Shown here one piece after another: positions 19,571 to 28,755 of a stretch of 64,000 nt of DNA. The notes under the pieces were generated by a model, which worked only from the letters and a program-made list of their open reading frames with translations, was not told the DNA's origin and made no database searches. How positions within the stretch are numbered: position 1 is the first letter of the stretch; each line of letters starts with the position of its first letter. Where the stretch lies: the NCBI GenBank assembly GCA_964291405.2, contig OZ219926.1:1984001-2048000 (forward strand), given 5' to 3'. This stretch comes from Thermodesulfobacteriota bacterium (lineage in GTDB: Bacteria; Desulfobacterota; Binatia; Bin18). Made by a program: the position numbers and the translations under genes.

Positions 19571-20797
19571 TCAATCCGTCATGGCCACCACTTCTATCTC
19601 GATCTCCATCTTTTCGTAGGCCAGGCACGGCAGCGGGATGCCCGTCGTGGCGGGCCCGGGTTCGGTGAAACTGGACGAGCGGATACTTAAGTTGTCGTGC
19701 AGGACCTCGGCCGACGCATTGCCCGCGTAGAACGCCGTCACCTTGACGACGTCGTCCAGCCCGAGGCCGAACTCGCCGAGCACCTTGGCGATGTTCGCCA
19801 TGCTGGTGCGCGTCTGCGTGACGAGGTCGCCAGGATCGATGACCGCGCCGTGAGAATCGATCGATACCTGACCGCCAACGTAGATCATGTTCCCGCACTT
19901 GACGCCGTGCTTATAGGGAAGGTGCACCGGCCAGTCCCAATGCCCTGTCGGCCACGCGTGCCGGCGCGGCAGAGGGCTGCTGTCCTCACCCAGCAGGGCC
20001 GTCACTTCGACGGAGATCATCAATCCATCGCGAAAGAGCGCCGGGATGGGAATGCCGGTCGCCGCAGGACCGGGTTCCGCAAAGTAACTCGCGACCGCCA
20101 GCGCCGATCCCTCCCATTCTGCGGCCGTGCCACCGGCGACGTAGTACCGGTTGACCTTGACGACGTCGTTGTAACCGGCCCCGAGGTCACTGAGCAGCCC
20201 GCCGATACGCTCCGCAACCAGGCGGCTCTGGGCGACGAGATCGCCGGCCTCGACGACGCCGCCATCGGCATCGAGTGCCGTTTGTCCGCCGACGAACAGC
20301 ATGCGGCCGCATCGTAAGGCGTGACTGAACGGCGCGGGCAGGGGCGCCGGTATGCCGGCGTTGGACGCCGTTCGCGCCGGACGCGCACCGTCGGCGCCGC
20401 GCATCGCCACGCCCTCGATCTCGACGACCATGTCCTCATAAGCGAGCGCCGGCAATGGAACGAGGGAGATCACCGGTCCCGGCCCCTCGCCGAGCGCCGC
20501 CGCGACTTCCGCGAGCAGACGATCCCGGTCCTCGTCGCGCTCGTGAACGTAGAAACAGATGAGCTTGACGAGATCGACCATGTCCGCGTCGAGCTCGGCC
20601 AGAATGACGCGGATGTACGCCATCGCGGCCCGGGTCTGCGCGGTGAGGTCACCCGGATTGCGGACGTTGCCCGCGGAGTCGAGATCGACCTGGCCGCCGA
20701 AGAAGATCATCTCGCCGCACCGCACCCCGTGCTTATGCGTCACGTGTATGGGCCAGTCCCAGTGCCCGTCGGGCCAGGTATAGCGTCGTGCAGCCAT
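19571..20797 (-). CDS. Triple-domain RidA/YjgF-family protein
   Basis: Three repeats of GGQ...DL..Q...VK...P...L...EIE/VEV. Confidence 0.85.
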   Translation of the reverse strand: MAARRYTWPDGHWDWPIHVTHKHGVRCGEMIFFGGQVDLDSAGNVRNPGDLTAQTRAAMAYIRVILAELDADMVDLVKLICFYVHERDEDRDRLLAEVAAALGEGPGPVISLVPLPALAYEDMVVEIEGVAMRGADGARPARTASNAGIPAPLPAPFSHALRCGRMLFVGGQTALDADGGVVEAGDLVAQSRLVAERIGGLLSDLGAGYNDVVKVNRYYVAGGTAAEWEGSALAVASYFAEPGPAATGIPIPALFRDGLMISVEVTALLGEDSSPLPRRHAWPTGHWDWPVHLPYKHGVKCGNMIYVGGQVSIDSHGAVIDPGDLVTQTRTSMANIAKVLGEFGLGLDDVVKVTAFYAGNASAEVLHDNLSIRSSSFTEPGPATTGIPLPCLAYEKMEIEIEVVAMTD

Positions 20798-20825
20798 CAG
20801 TTACTCCTTCCTTTAAGGATAATCC

Positions 20826-22784
20826 TCACGCCTCGTACGCGGCAAGAAACCCCGGCCAGATACAACTGCGCAGGTTGCCGAGCCGCACGCAATCGCCGAC
20901 GAAGCGCGACGCGGGGGCGAGCTCTTGCGCAACACCGTCGAATTCTCTGTCGGGCCGGAAACCCCAGGCCGGCACGACGGTGTCAGCTTCGAGATCGATG
21001 ATCTGGCCGTCGTCGCCGGTGAACCGGGCGCCCTCCTCCGTGATCTCGGCGATGCGGTGGTTGCCCTTAATCTCGACGCCGTTGCCGATCAGCATGTCCA
21101 TGAACACTTTGCGGCTGAAGGGCTCGAGATCGGGAATGAGATCGTCGGCGGCTTCCTTGACGGTGGTCAGCACGACCTTTTTGCCGAGGCGGGCGAGGTA
21201 GACCGAGATGTCGCAGCCCAGCCAGCCGCCACCGACGACAATGACGCGGTCGCCCGCCGTCGCCTTCTCTTCCAGCAGGTCGACGGGAAAGGATACATGC
21301 GGCAGACCGACACCGGTGACGTCGCGAAACTTCGATTGCACGCCGCAGGCTACGATCAGCAGGTCCGGGTTCAACGGGCGGATCAGCTCGGGTGTCGCCT
21401 CTGTCTCCATGCGGATATCGACGTCCAGGCGTGTGACCTCGTAGGCCATGTGATCCATCAGCGCGCGCAGGTCGTCCTTGAAACCGAGCTGCGCGGCTAT
21501 TTGAAGCTGGCCGCCCAATCGATCGGTCTTTTCGAACAGCGTGACCTCGTGTCCCCGCAGGCAGGCGACGCGCGCTACCTCCATGCCGGCAGCGCCGCCG
21601 CCGAGCACGACCACGCGACGCCGTGTATCGGCGGCGCGCATCGGGTAGGTGCTTTCGCGTCCGCACTGGAAATTCACGTCACAGCGTTGCGGGCGCCCCA
21701 GCATCTCGCCGTTCAGGCAACTCTCGTTGCAGCGAATGCACGGCCGGACGGCCCTGACGTCACCCGTTGCGGCGTGGTTGGGGATCTCGGGGTCGGTCAG
21801 AAAACCGCGGCCGATAGCGACGATGTCGGCTTTTCCGTCGCGCACCACCTCCGCCGCCATCGGAACGTCGATCGCGCCTACGGTGATGATCGGCAGGGTC
21901 GCGACGTGCTTGACCGCATCGGCGAGATGCACGAGGTTGCCGCGCGGCGCGTAAATAGGCGCGCAGCACTCCTCCCAGCTCTCTCCGATCGACCCCGACA
22001 CGTGATGCGCATTAATGCCTTCCGCCTCCAGCATCAGGGCGAACTCGCGGGCTTCTTCTATGGCGAACGCCTCGGGCGAGAAGTCGTCGCCGTTGTACCG
22101 ATAGATGATCGGGAAATCGGGACCGACCAGCGCGCGGGAACGGCGTACGATCTCGAGCGAAAAGCGCGCCCGATTCTCGAGCGATCCGCCCCACTCATCG
22201 GTGCGCTTATTGCCGTAAGGCGACAGAAACGTACCGGGCAGGTAGCCGTGCGCGCCATGAATCTCGACCGCCTCGAAACCGGCGTTCTTGGCGCGCCGCG
22301 CGGCTTCGGCAAATTTGTCGAGCACTTCCTCGATTTCGTCCGGTGTGATCTCCCGGACTTGATAGTGATCACCGTAGAGCGCTGCGTAGACCTTGTCCGG
22401 AACTGCGGACGGCGACAGACAGGGTTGCGCATACGAACTCTGACGGCCGGCATGCGCGAGCTGCAGGCACGCACGCGCGCCGTTGAGGGTAATGGTCTCG
22501 GCGAGCAGGCTCAGACCCACCAGATAGCGATCGCTGCTCGCGCTCAGCATGCCCCATTCCGCCGACGAGGACTTTTCGTCGACGTGGGCGAACTCGATGA
22601 TGAGCATGCTGGCGCCGCCTTTCGCGCGCACCGCGTAGTGATCGATCAATGCCTGCGTGACCTCCCCGTCCGCCGTCGGCAAACGCGAGCACATCGGCGC
22701 CATCACGATCCGGTTCTTGAGATTCAACTTGCCGATCTTGATGGGCTGGAACAGCGGTGAGAGATCAGCGTTGGACATGGGCAT
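20826..22784 (-). CDS. NADH:flavin oxidoreductase (old yellow enzyme + [4Fe-4S] + FAD domain; BaiCD/DCR-like)
   Basis: KNRIVMAPM, QLAHAGR, EIHGAHGYL, NKRTDEWGGS, CIRCNESC..C, GGGAAGME. Confidence 0.92.
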   Translation of the reverse strand: MPMSNADLSPLFQPIKIGKLNLKNRIVMAPMCSRLPTADGEVTQALIDHYAVRAKGGASMLIIEFAHVDEKSSSAEWGMLSASSDRYLVGLSLLAETITLNGARACLQLAHAGRQSSYAQPCLSPSAVPDKVYAALYGDHYQVREITPDEIEEVLDKFAEAARRAKNAGFEAVEIHGAHGYLPGTFLSPYGNKRTDEWGGSLENRARFSLEIVRRSRALVGPDFPIIYRYNGDDFSPEAFAIEEAREFALMLEAEGINAHHVSGSIGESWEECCAPIYAPRGNLVHLADAVKHVATLPIITVGAIDVPMAAEVVRDGKADIVAIGRGFLTDPEIPNHAATGDVRAVRPCIRCNESCLNGEMLGRPQRCDVNFQCGRESTYPMRAADTRRRVVVLGGGAAGMEVARVACLRGHEVTLFEKTDRLGGQLQIAAQLGFKDDLRALMDHMAYEVTRLDVDIRMETEATPELIRPLNPDLLIVACGVQSKFRDVTGVGLPHVSFPVDLLEEKATAGDRVIVVGGGWLGCDISVYLARLGKKVVLTTVKEAADDLIPDLEPFSRKVFMDMLIGNGVEIKGNHRIAEITEEGARFTGDDGQIIDLEADTVVPAWGFRPDREFDGVAQELAPASRFVGDCVRLGNLRSCIWPGFLAAYEA

Positions 22785-22935
22785 CCCCTCCTCGTCGTCA
22801 AAGTCGGGTCCGCAGAATACCGATAGGTGATCGGCGCTGAGTATAGACCGGTACGATTGTTTTTCTCAAGCGTACGTGGCTAAATGCAGGGTGTCGTAGG
22901 CTAAAATACGGACGGCAACACGAGAGGAGGGCAGT

Positions 22936-24474
22936 ATGGCAGACGAGACGGTCCAGACCGAGCTGTCCGAACGGGCGCGCGGCTGGCTCAAATACCTGTA
23001 CCGCAAGGCCATGGTGGATGACGACTGGTCCAAAGACGGTCGGCCATCTGACATGTGGGACGATAAAAGCCTCCCCCCCATGGGGAATTTTCATCGTTTC
23101 GACGCCGTAGATTCATCCTACGCGGTCGCCCTGATGAGCGACATCACGCCGGCCTGGCGCGAGGTGTACGGTAAGATTCTGGAAAGCCTGGTTGACCGCA
23201 TTACCGACTACTGGGGGACCTATGACTGGTCCGAGCAGATCGGCCCCGACCCGCAGCGCGAGCACTATCCGGACGAATTTTTCCCCCTGCTCATTCCCAA
23301 CGAGCTGCGCGGGAAATATGACACGCCGGGCTGGGCCGCAAACGGGATTGAGCCGTGGGGCTATGAGCCTGACCCGATCAAGGCCGCCGGGGCGATTTAC
23401 TACAAAGGCTTTCTGTCGTTGACCATGGGCCTCCATCTGTATGTGTCGGGTGACAAAAAATATAACGACGGCTTCAGCGTCGTGAATAACGGCGAGCACA
23501 CCTTTCACTACACCCACACCAGCATGAATGAGTACATCAGCGATCAGTGGTGTGGCAGACCCGAAGGCTCGCATTGAGAGAACACCAAAGTGTGGCCGCT
23601 GTGACTCACGGTCACCAGCCTCGGTCTGAGGCTTTACGACATCTTCTACAACGGCAACACGTTCCGCGCGTTTGAGCAGTGGTACGAGTACGCCAAGAAA
23701 AACTATATTGCCCCGTCCGAAGACCCGCTCCTGCCCGAGTGGGTGACCATCTATTACGACCCGTTGATTGATTACAACAACACCCTACCCGCCGTCTTTA
23801 GCTGGATTATGTGGGGGTTTTACCTGTTGCCGAGTGACCGGGCCATGGCCACCCGCTTTTATGAGACCGTCAAGCGGGACTATCTGGTCGAAAAGCCGGA
23901 CGGTACGGCGTATATAACCTTCGCGCCCGGTGCGACCGAAGATCATCCGTATATGACGGTCCGGGCCTTGAGTCTGGCCCAGGATCTGGGTGACACGGAG
24001 ACGGCCAGGAAAATACGTGCCCATGCCGAGGCCAACTACGAGCCAACCTGGGATCGGGACACGGGCGAGTTCTATTATGGCTTTGGCTTGAACGAGCCCT
24101 ATCCGCGCGGGCAGTATAACGCCAATCTAATGGTGGCCGAGGTCGGCGGCCCAGGTGCGTGGTCGCGCATCTATACCGAGCCGAACCTGGAGAAGTTCGA
24201 CCAGCCGACTGTGTACGGAGTGGACTTTCCAAACATGGGTTTGTCGCAGGCGTATTACGACCAAGAGAAGAAGACCCTGGTCTTGCGGACCTATACGGCT
24301 GACCCGGCCGCCCAGGGACGACCGACCAGCTTCCGCGTCAAGAACCTGGAGCAGCCGGGTACCTGTCGGGTGCTCATGGATGGTCAGGTGTGGGACAACT
24401 GGAGCGTGCGGGACGGCGAGATTGAGGTCTCGACCGAGATCGGCACACACGCGTTCCGGATTATTGAAACGTGA
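22936..24474 (+). CDS. Linalool dehydratase/isomerase (LinD/Lis)-like protein with two in-frame UGA codons, predicted selenocysteines U214 and U223
   Basis: ORFs 22936-23577 and 23743-24474 are in the same frame; the only interruptions are TGA 23575-23577 and TGA 23602-23604, giving GSH-U-ENTKVWPL-U-LTVTSLGL, which matches LinD C-E-x7-C; upstream DPI...IYYKGFL.L.MGL; RBS AGGAGG. Confidence 0.85.
23617..23633 (+). promoter_or_regulatory. Putative bacterial SECIS element for the second UGA
   Basis: Stem AGCCTC/GAGGCT with loop GGTCT, starting 12 nt after the UGA; GGT-CTG fall at codons +7/+8 as in E. coli fdhF. Confidence 0.75.
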
Positions 24475-24504
24475 GAGCGTGTGCTCTCCGAAGGAGTAAA
24501 TGCC

Positions 24505-25224
24505 ATGACCACAGCGGATTGGAACAGCTTAGCCGAGCGCCTCACCAAGGTGCTACGCCCGGTGGCCGCGCCGCTGGCGATTACCTTTAGCCCGACCCGA
24601 CCGGAAAACATCCCGGCCTTTGACGAGCCGCTGGCCAAACCGACGCTGGATGGGCGGACCGGGCGGGTGCCCGCCGGCTGTGTGTTCTGGATCAAGGCCG
24701 GGGAGCGCACCTTCAGTACAGTTGCCGAAGACCACGGCAACTGTAGCGTGGGCAGTCTCACCCACGGTTTCAAAACCTTGGAAGAGGCCGCACAAGGCAA
24801 AGACGTGGCGACCTTGCTGGACAGCGGCTGGGTGGCGGAGGAGGTTTTCCCCCATATTCCAACGGTAGCGGACAAGCCTGGGGCCGTTACCTATGGGCCG
24901 CTGGCGGAAACGCCGTTTGATCCCGACGTTGTGCTGCTCCGTATCAACCCGCACGCCGCCATGGTGCTCTCGGACGCCCTGCCCGATCTCAAGATCGAGG
25001 GCAAACCGCAGTGTCATATCGTGGCCATGGCGAAAGACGGCCAGGTCGCCGTGAGTGTTGGCTGCGCGCTGAGTCGGGCGCGCACCGGCATGCAGGCCAC
25101 CGAGATGACGTGTGCCATTTCCGCCCGACGTCTGGCCGAGGTCCTCGACAAGGTGGAACGGACATCACAGATTGACACGATGGTTGCGCGCTACGCCGGA
25201 GAAGACGCCCGCCGCTTTCAGTAA
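24505..25224 (+). CDS. DUF169-family protein (Cys-containing)
   Basis: AGCVFW, HGNCSVG, GPLAETPFDPDVV, KPQC, SVGC..SR; GAAGGAG RBS before ATG 24505. Confidence 0.75.
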   Translation: MTTADWNSLAERLTKVLRPVAAPLAITFSPTRPENIPAFDEPLAKPTLDGRTGRVPAGCVFWIKAGERTFSTVAEDHGNCSVGSLTHGFKTLEEAAQGKDVATLLDSGWVAEEVFPHIPTVADKPGAVTYGPLAETPFDPDVVLLRINPHAAMVLSDALPDLKIEGKPQCHIVAMAKDGQVAVSVGCALSRARTGMQATEMTCAISARRLAEVLDKVERTSQIDTMVARYAGEDARRFQ

Positions 25225-25284
25225 GCGGCCGATGTGTCAACTGAGGTAACCTCGGTAAGCGCGTCGCGAGTTTTCCGAATTACT

Positions 25285-26232
25285 TCAGCGGATCGCGACG
25301 GGATTCACAATCGTCTGCACCGCCCCGGCCATGCGCGGCGTGCCGAGCACGAACATGAACTCGTAGGCCGCATCTGCGGCTAGCGCGGCCGTGTCCATGT
25401 TCTCGAGGATGTAGGTGCCGTTCTTGACCAATAGCTCCTGGTGGACCGGAAAGCGCTCGGCCTCCTTCTCGAACGGAATGGCCTCCAGCGCCCAGGTGTC
25501 CGCCCCGACCGCCACGACACCCTTCCCGGCCAGGTAGCGCGCACCCTCGACGCCAATGCCCGGTTCGGGAAAGCCAATCTTCGGCTCGCCCTCACCCATC
25601 TGCGCGAATTGCTTCAGCCAGCCGGTGTGGAACAACACCACGTCGCCTTCGCGGATTTCTATACCCTGTCTCTGCGCGACCTCGTCGATCTCCTTGCTGT
25701 TGAAGGCCGTACCGTTGGGCACGATATCAACCTCATAGTATTTCGTCATATCCAGCAGCACGCCGCGCGCCACGATGGGTGGGATGTTCTCCACGCCGAA
25801 CTTCTTGATGCCCGTGAGCGAGAGGAAGTCCTGCGTCTTCCAGCCGTTGTAATGCACGTGATCGATGCCGACGTGGCCGAACCCGTCGATCTGGCTGCCG
25901 ACCCCCAGCCAGGTAACGGCCAAGTCGTCGGTGGTGGTAAGCTCGTTCGGTCCCCCCAGCACGGTATCCCAGACGTACACCTTGTAGTGGCGGGGCGGAT
26001 AGGCCGGCGTATCGGGGCCGGTCACCATCCCGAGCGCGTACGTCTTGCCGGTTTTGACCAGACTGGCCGCGAGCTTCACGCGTTCAGGCGTGATGTAGTT
26101 CGCGCTTCCGATCTCATCCTCCGGCCCCCACTTCGATTGCGTCCATTCTTGTCCGGCGGCCGGATAACCCCACACGAGAACGGTCGCCAGCAGTGCTCCG
26201 AACAATACCTGTCGAGATTGTCGCTTGCTCAT
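25285..26232 (-). CDS. Secreted cyclase-family (kynurenine formamidase-like) metallohydrolase
   Basis: Signal peptide; WGPEDEIG, GSQIDGFGH, RGVLLD, GDVVLFHTGW, VGADTW, VHQELL..G.YILEN. Confidence 0.85.
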   Translation of the reverse strand: MSKRQSRQVLFGALLATVLVWGYPAAGQEWTQSKWGPEDEIGSANYITPERVKLAASLVKTGKTYALGMVTGPDTPAYPPRHYKVYVWDTVLGGPNELTTTDDLAVTWLGVGSQIDGFGHVGIDHVHYNGWKTQDFLSLTGIKKFGVENIPPIVARGVLLDMTKYYEVDIVPNGTAFNSKEIDEVAQRQGIEIREGDVVLFHTGWLKQFAQMGEGEPKIGFPEPGIGVEGARYLAGKGVVAVGADTWALEAIPFEKEAERFPVHQELLVKNGTYILENMDTAALAADAAYEFMFVLGTPRMAGAVQTIVNPVAIR

Positions 26233-26433
26233 ACACTCACTCCTCTATGCAACCTACTATACGACGCATCCTGAATGTAAAGCGTAAACTGCTCTTCGAT
26301 CTTGCAGGGTAGTTTTCAGCGTCCGCGTGACAGCGGATCGCCAGCTATCTTTCTTTTTTCACCTGCGCTATGCTGCCGGACCTTTGAAGACAAGCGTTAG
26401 AAGATTGCTACGACCCGAAGGAGGATACACAGC

Positions 26434-27528
26434 ATGACACAACTCGATTCACCGATGCAGATTGGCATGGCCGCAATCTGCCAAAATCCGGCCCAGAAGA
26501 TCTCGGACTATGAAGTCTACAAAAATGAAATGCGGCTGGCCGATTTGGCCGAGCCGCTGGGCTTTGATTCAATTTGGAGCGTTGAGCACCACTTTACCGA
26601 TTACACCATGGTGCCTGATGTCCTTCAGTTTCTGACCTATATGGCCGGCCGGACCAAGACAGTCAAACTCGGCTCGATGGTCGTCGTGCTGCCCTGGCAT
26701 GATCCCATGCGGGCGGCAGAAGAAATCGCCATGTTGGACGATATGTGCGACGGGCGACTGATTCTCGGGCTTGGCCGCGGCGCTGGGCAGGTCGAGTTTG
26801 AGGGTTTCCGGGTCGATATGGGCGAGTCTCGCGAACGCTTTGTTGAGGCCGCGGATATGGTCCTGACCGGACTCGAACAGGGCTACTGCGAGTATCAGGG
26901 TCAGTATTATACCCAGCCCAAGAAAGATATCCGTCCCAAGCCGTTCAAATCCTTTAAGGGCCGGACGTATGCCGCCGCGGTGTCACCTGAGTCATCCGAG
27001 ATCATGGCCCGTCTGGGCGTCGGCATCCTGATCATTCCCCAGAAGCCGTGGGAAGACGTGGCGGTCGAGTTGGATACGTACCGGACGGTCTATCGTGAGG
27101 CCAACGGAACCGAGGCACCGGCGCCGGTCGCCGGCGGCTGGGTCTTCTGCGATAAGGATGCTGGCCGCGCCGAAGAGATGGCCCGGCGTTACATTGGCGC
27201 CTACTGGCAGTCGGCCATGAAGCACTACAATTTTGGTGGTGACCATTTCGCCAAGACCAAGGGCTACGAATACTACGGCAAGATGTCTGAGGCCATGGGC
27301 AGCGTCGAAGGCGTGACCGACTTTTTCCTCAACCTCCAGGTCTGGGGCACGCCGGACCAGTGTTTTGAGAAAGTCCTTGAGATCCGCTCCAAGATCGGCT
27401 GCGACGCCTTCACCGGTGTGTTCAGCTATGGCGGCATGCCGTATGAAGACAGCGAGCAGAGCATGCGTCTGTTCGCGGCCGAGGTCATGCCGCGCTTGCA
27501 GCAGTTGGACCAAAAAGCGGTCGCCTAA
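26434..27528 (+). CDS. LLM-class flavin-dependent oxidoreductase
   Basis: GFDSIWSVEHHFT, LPWHDP, GRLILGLGRG, LFAAEVMP. Confidence 0.9.
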   Translation: MTQLDSPMQIGMAAICQNPAQKISDYEVYKNEMRLADLAEPLGFDSIWSVEHHFTDYTMVPDVLQFLTYMAGRTKTVKLGSMVVVLPWHDPMRAAEEIAMLDDMCDGRLILGLGRGAGQVEFEGFRVDMGESRERFVEAADMVLTGLEQGYCEYQGQYYTQPKKDIRPKPFKSFKGRTYAAAVSPESSEIMARLGVGILIIPQKPWEDVAVELDTYRTVYREANGTEAPAPVAGGWVFCDKDAGRAEEMARRYIGAYWQSAMKHYNFGGDHFAKTKGYEYYGKMSEAMGSVEGVTDFFLNLQVWGTPDQCFEKVLEIRSKIGCDAFTGVFSYGGMPYEDSEQSMRLFAAEVMPRLQQLDQKAVA

Positions 27529-27545
27529 GGCTCCTTTCATTCACT

Positions 27546-27577
27546 CGGCTCCCGCCCATGTCACTGGGTGGGAGCCG
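27546..27577. terminator. GC-rich hairpin between convergent genes, probable terminator
   Basis: CGGCTCCCGCCCA-loop-TGGGTGGGAGCCG; no clear U-tract. Confidence 0.45.
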
Positions 27578-27596
27578 CACTCTTCCCTCTCGATCC

Positions 27597-27899
27597 TTAC
27601 TGTCCTGCCGTTGGTCGTGGCTCGTAGCGCTTGACCTCGATTTCATCCTCACGCGCTTGCGCCTGCGCCACATAGTAAGCGGCCTGCAATCGTATCCATG
27701 TCTCCGTTGTAGAACCAAAAGCTTTCGCCAGCCCGACCGCCATGTCGGGAGACATGCGAGCATGACAATTCACCAAGTTCGAGAGTGCCCGGCGGCTGAC
27801 GCCAAGCACCTTTGCGCTTTCGGTGACATTCAATCCGAGCGGTTCCAGACAGGACACCCGGACAATCTTGCCGGGGTGCGGCGGATTCTTCATCGGCAC
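27597..27899 (-). CDS. higA: HigA-family addiction module antidote (HTH), no adjacent higB
   Basis: NPPHPG, A..LGVSR..LSNLVN, SPDMA..L.KAFG.T.E.W..LQ. Confidence 0.88.
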   Translation of the reverse strand: MPMKNPPHPGKIVRVSCLEPLGLNVTESAKVLGVSRRALSNLVNCHARMSPDMAVGLAKAFGSTTETWIRLQAAYYVAQAQAREDEIEVKRYEPRPTAGQ

Positions 27900-27937
27900 G
27901 GTGGCTCTCCTTTCAGTTAAACGAGAGCCCCATCACC

Positions 27938-28162
27938 TTAAACGTCTCTCTTGCGTGACTCACCCACGGCGTCCAGAATATCCGCCGTAGTGGCCCGTGT
28001 CTTGACTCCCGGTACATCAAACGGTGATCTAGGTACGTTTTTTTTGACTTTGAGAGAAAAAACGCTGCCGTCTCGTCTGCGAATTTCTACTTCTTCTTTT
28101 TGCGCAAGAATCAACAGTTGGGCGAGATTCTGACGCGCTTCCGAATAAGTAAATGCCTTCAT
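27938..28162 (-). CDS. Phd/YefM-family antitoxin
   Basis: MKAFTYSEARQNLAQLL..A..EEV.I.RRDG. Confidence 0.85.
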   Translation of the reverse strand: MKAFTYSEARQNLAQLLILAQKEEVEIRRRDGSVFSLKVKKNVPRSPFDVPGVKTRATTADILDAVGESRKRDV

Positions 28163-28168
28163 GGGTAC

Positions 28169-28558
28169 TCACTCCAGTATGTCGATCCCTAGATCACGAG
28201 CTATTTGCTTCATTCTTTTATCCAGTGACATGAGAGATTGAACCAAGGATTTTGCGCAGAGTAAAAAATACGCATCGTAGGCGTAAATATTGTATTCAAT
28301 GGCCAACTCAAGCGCCTGCTGAACATCGATGCTGACCAGCCTGACTGGAATAAGGTTTGCCGCCTTTTCGGCGGCCAATGCTTCGCCTTTGGAAATGCGT
28401 CCGCGCTTGGTCATCGCAGAAAGAGCGTTGCCAATTTCATAGGGCAGTATTTCCGGGGCACTCAATACCGCGTCCGACGTGACTTCTATTATGTGCCCCT
28501 TTTGCGGCTCGTCCAATGCGATAGCAAGGAAGATGTTCGTGTCGGCGACCACATTCAT
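28169..28558 (-). CDS. vapC: PIN-domain (VapC) toxin
   Basis: VVADTN, YEIGNAL, YAYDAYFL, LMSLD. Confidence 0.88.
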   Translation of the reverse strand: MNVVADTNIFLAIALDEPQKGHIIEVTSDAVLSAPEILPYEIGNALSAMTKRGRISKGEALAAEKAANLIPVRLVSIDVQQALELAIEYNIYAYDAYFLLCAKSLVQSLMSLDKRMKQIARDLGIDILE

Positions 28559-28670
28559 AGTGACAATTGTACAACTAAAAAGCGACCCGAAAAAGAGGCG
28601 TTGAAGCAGGACGGCCCGTACAGGCCGTCAGCAAGTCAAAGGCCCAATCGGAGGATTGGAATTATCCGAA

Positions 28671-28755
28671 TATGACAAGCCCCCGAGGGAGTACTCTCTC
28701 AGGGGTTCGCGTGAATTGATGGGTCAGATCAAAGATGCCGCTTCGGTGAGCACCG
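28671..28755. repeat. Imperfect ~85-bp direct repeat, copy A (hairpin-containing)
   Basis: Aligns with 29216-29300; shared core CGTGAATTnATGGGTCnGATCAAAGAT. Confidence 0.75.

Noticed and set aside
22936-24474. LinD-like gene as a pseudogene, two separate genes, or a product of an alternative genetic code
   Set aside because: Both stops are UGA at catalytic Cys positions, there is no frameshift, and a SECIS-like hairpin follows. Many other genes here end in TGA and Trp is encoded by TGG, so UGA is not globally reassigned.
24472-24507. Third UGA in frame with DUF169 (possible readthrough fusion)
   Set aside because: DUF169 has its own GAAGGAG RBS and ATG at 24505, and I see no SECIS-like hairpin; the shared frame has a 1-in-3 chance.
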